A stretch of 40,098 nucleotides of DNA from Seison nebaliae (Eukaryota): positions 62,001-102,098 of the forward strand of contig JALJEE010002292.1 of NCBI GenBank assembly GCA_023231475.1, read 5' to 3'. Every line of letters starts with the position of its first letter. Position 1 is the first letter of the stretch. A program made the position numbers and the translations under genes. The notes below the pieces were generated by a model that was given only the letters and a program-made list of their open reading frames with translations, was not told the DNA's origin and made no database searches. Shown one piece after another: positions 37,350 through 40,098 of this stretch.

Positions 37350-38443
37350 GATTGAAATATACTTGTAAGAAATATTAAATTAACATCGACACAAATAAAG
37401 ATAATTTTAGTTCCGCTTCGATGCTCATGTATGTTCAAATAATTAATCATCCATTTCAACTTAAAATTTGGTAGTTTATTATGTTACATTATTAGTTTAC
37501 ACCAAATTGTTATTATCGCTTGGTATCATTGTTGTCGCTTGAAAAACGGTTTCACAGTTAAAATAATAATGATATTTCGTCATATTTTAAGAAAAATACC
37601 CTGAAAATCTAATTAAGAAAATCTTTGTCTGTAACGAACGCTATTTATATTTTTTAGACCGATTTTCTAATTCATCCCGTCGGGAATTCCGATAAACAAA
37701 TAATAAGAATAAAAAAACCAAAAAAGCCTTCGGTATTCCTTGTTGACTCGCTAATTCTTCTTCGAATACTTCTTCTCAAATTTAAATTGGGATATAGTCA
37801 GAAGACGTGAAAACGACATTTGGTAGACGGACGTTTGGTAGAGGTGAATCATCATTTTGATATATGGTCAGTTAAAATGAATAAAAGTAAACCAATAATT
37901 AAACTAAATATTCAATGAGAGTATATGAAATAAAAAAGAGTAATTGTATAATAGAAAAACTAACTTATTGTTCAAAATTATACCGATCCTCAATTGCGTC
38001 TTCAAATTTGTTCAATTTCTATTATAAAAATGGAAAAGTAGCTATTTTTTATAAGTTTGTCGGAATTCATTCATTAAAAAACGAACTTCATCCCGTAAGG
38101 ACCGAACTTCAGCTTTTAATTTCTTTCATATATATACATTTTTCATATTATATGCACTATATTTTATTATTTTCGTATTACAATTGATATCCGGTGTGAT
38201 ATAATCCGATGAATTTTTACAATGATTCTTAGAAAATATGTTTATGATAATTATATCTGATTATCAGAATTAAACGTATGATAAATCATCTAATAATCAT
38301 ATGATAATATTATCATATATTAATTATTCCGTTTTAAATCATGACAATTTTCTCATTATGCTGTGTTAATTAATAGTTTAGTTTATTGATGAATTACCGA
38401 AAAGCGATTAAATGAAATGATGAAAAATGGTGAAAATGAGTCA

Positions 38444-38900
38444 TTATATTAGTCGTTGATTATAATATTTAGTAACTTCTTGCGTTAAATCCAAATCATC
38501 GTCAACATCTTGCCTTAAATCCAAATCATCGTCAACATCATGAGTGAATTCCAAATCATCGTCAACATCATGAGTTAAATCCAAATCATCGTCAACATCT
38601 TGCGTTAAATCCAAATCGATTTCAACTTCCTTTGTTAATTCAGCATCATCTTCACAACTATTAACAAAATATTATTCATTAAAATAGTCCGAAGAAATGA
38701 GAAGACTGATGGACAGACCATCATACAATCTTACTTTCTATAAAATTTTTATATGTAATGACCTCTTATTACGTTCTCTAGTTAATTTCAACAGTTTAAC
38801 ATTCAATTCTATCTCTATATCTAACTATACAGCTGTATTCAAAAGTAATCGGTATAATGTCTTATACCAAGCTAGATATAAAAATTGATGAATTCAACAT
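38444..38900 (-). pseudogene. Stop-interrupted coding-like remnant ending in acidic 10-aa repeats; unidentified gene or mobile-element relic
   Basis: One frame reads LYLAWYKTLYRLLLNTAV*LDIEIELNVKLLKLTRERNKRSLHIKIL*KVRLYDGLSISLLISSDYFNE*YFVNSCEDDAELTKEVEIDLDLTQDVDDDLDLTHD...; three internal stops. Confidence 0.4.
38478..38628 (+). repeat. Tandem repeat, ~5 x 30 bp, encoding VDDDLDLTQD-type units on the minus strand
   Basis: tcttgcgttaaatccaaatcatcgtcaaca repeated with few substitutions and no spacers. Confidence 0.92.
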
Positions 38901-39721
38901 TATTAAGATATCAATGACCTATATTATAGATATTATATAAATAAAATTAAAAAAAAAACTATTACGTATTAGGTATTATAATGACATATATGATAAAGTG
39001 TAGGTTCTACAATGTAGAACCCGCATGATTTTTTTTTTATCTCATAAAATCATTATATCATCATCAATTATATAAATCTTGATTTAACATCTTATTTTTT
39101 ATAATATCATATCTTATCATTATTATTTTTCTGTTTTTAAGAATCATCAACAATCATTAACAAAAATTTATCTCTCTGTCCTCCAAACAAATAGAAATTG
39201 TCCTTGGTAGCAGATAAGTTTTTATTTCTTTACTTTTGAATTAACCTTATTTTTAAATAAAAAGATTTAAAAACTTACAAGTTGTTAGATTTAAATAAAA
39301 AGTTCGGAGCATTCTTCTAAACAAGAAGAATAACTAATATTTTTATTCTCTCATTTTATCTTTTGTTTCTGAGCAATTTTTTAATTTACAAGTTGATATA
39401 TCACTGAATTATCAAGTGATTATTATACTGTTTATCAGTAAAAAAAATCATTTGTCTTTATGACGTTTTTGTTAACATGGTTATGAACAATATATCAGTT
39501 TTCAAAATATGATTATTTCAATTTATGGAGACCAATTGAAATAGGTGGAAAAGTTGTTGTCCATCCATTATTTTTACACACTGTATATAATATATAATTG
39601 GACAAGGTTGTAATGAAAAAATTATCCTTAAAAAAAACATATACAATTTCTCATTGCAACCTTGTACAGTGTACAAGGTATTACCTGTACACAATATTTC
39701 TTAAATTTTTTTTTAAAGTTA

Positions 39722-39940
39722 AATCCCCTCGGGAAAAATTTTTTGATCGATCTCCTCTACGGTCAGTGGTAAGAGATCTCTACGTTGCGTGAGACGTGTG
39801 TCCCATCGTTGTGGAGTTGGGAACGTTCATAAACCACTGTGTTACGCACGCCCCAATATGACTCTATCCTTGTGCAGGGTACGTTATTTCGCAAATATCG
39901 CAGTATCGTAGATCACTGCGCTACACACGTCCGTTTAATT
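39722..39940. ncRNA. Candidate structured RNA or SINE-like insert (GC-rich island), family unassigned
   Basis: About 48% GC by manual count in very AT-rich flanks. Perfect 9-bp long-range pair 39793-39801/39923-39931 plus hairpins 39899-39920, 39801-39822 and 39749-39778. Confidence 0.35.
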
Positions 39941-40098
39941 TAATTTATAGTTTAAATATCCACTGAATAGATCTGAATAAATTTGTATAAAATGGTTTGC
40001 CTAAAAAGAACCATTGTTGTTTTATGCATAAGTCTTCTAATCTGGTTGCTCTACATGTCTCAAACTGTTCAACAATATCATCATATCATTTTACAATC

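Noticed and set aside
38478..38628. CRISPR array
   Set aside because: Head-to-tail 30-bp units with no unique spacers, no cas genes, and a eukaryotic context.
39722..39940. tRNA gene or hammerhead ribozyme
   Set aside because: An A-box-like TCAGTGGTAAG is present but there is no GTTCRA B-box or cloverleaf, and no CTGANGA...GAAA core on either strand.

Overview
AT-rich, very gene-dense eukaryotic (metazoan) DNA using the standard genetic code. The organism cannot be identified from sequence alone; a compact-genome invertebrate such as a seisonid rotifer is only a guess. Manual splicing gives 15 protein-coding genes: a 5'-truncated, highly divergent dynein heavy chain-like gene; a minus-strand run of SOUL/HEBP, a small PHD-finger protein, POMP, MTIF2 and SLC25A44; two convergent, apparently paralogous Lys-rich proteins of unknown family; COLGALT-like; KDM8/JMJD5; V-ATPase E; AIP-like; PTCD3; Lhx2/9 (apterous); and ZDHHC6-like. 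The last ~2.3 kb looks like decayed coding or mobile-element DNA and contains a ~210-bp GC-rich structured island. Main observations: (1) of 49 reconstructed introns (43 are 40-63 nt), 46 begin GTT rather than GT(A/G), none begins GTAAGT, and 15 end AAG; (2) co-oriented genes 54-156 nt apart carry unpaired 3' splice acceptors, suggesting trans-spliced operons; (3) a candidate new basic-protein family with a K-x-x-D-x-(C/T)-C exon module; (4) a candidate ncRNA with weak U1-like motifs. All intron models are manual inferences from frame and homology, without transcript data.
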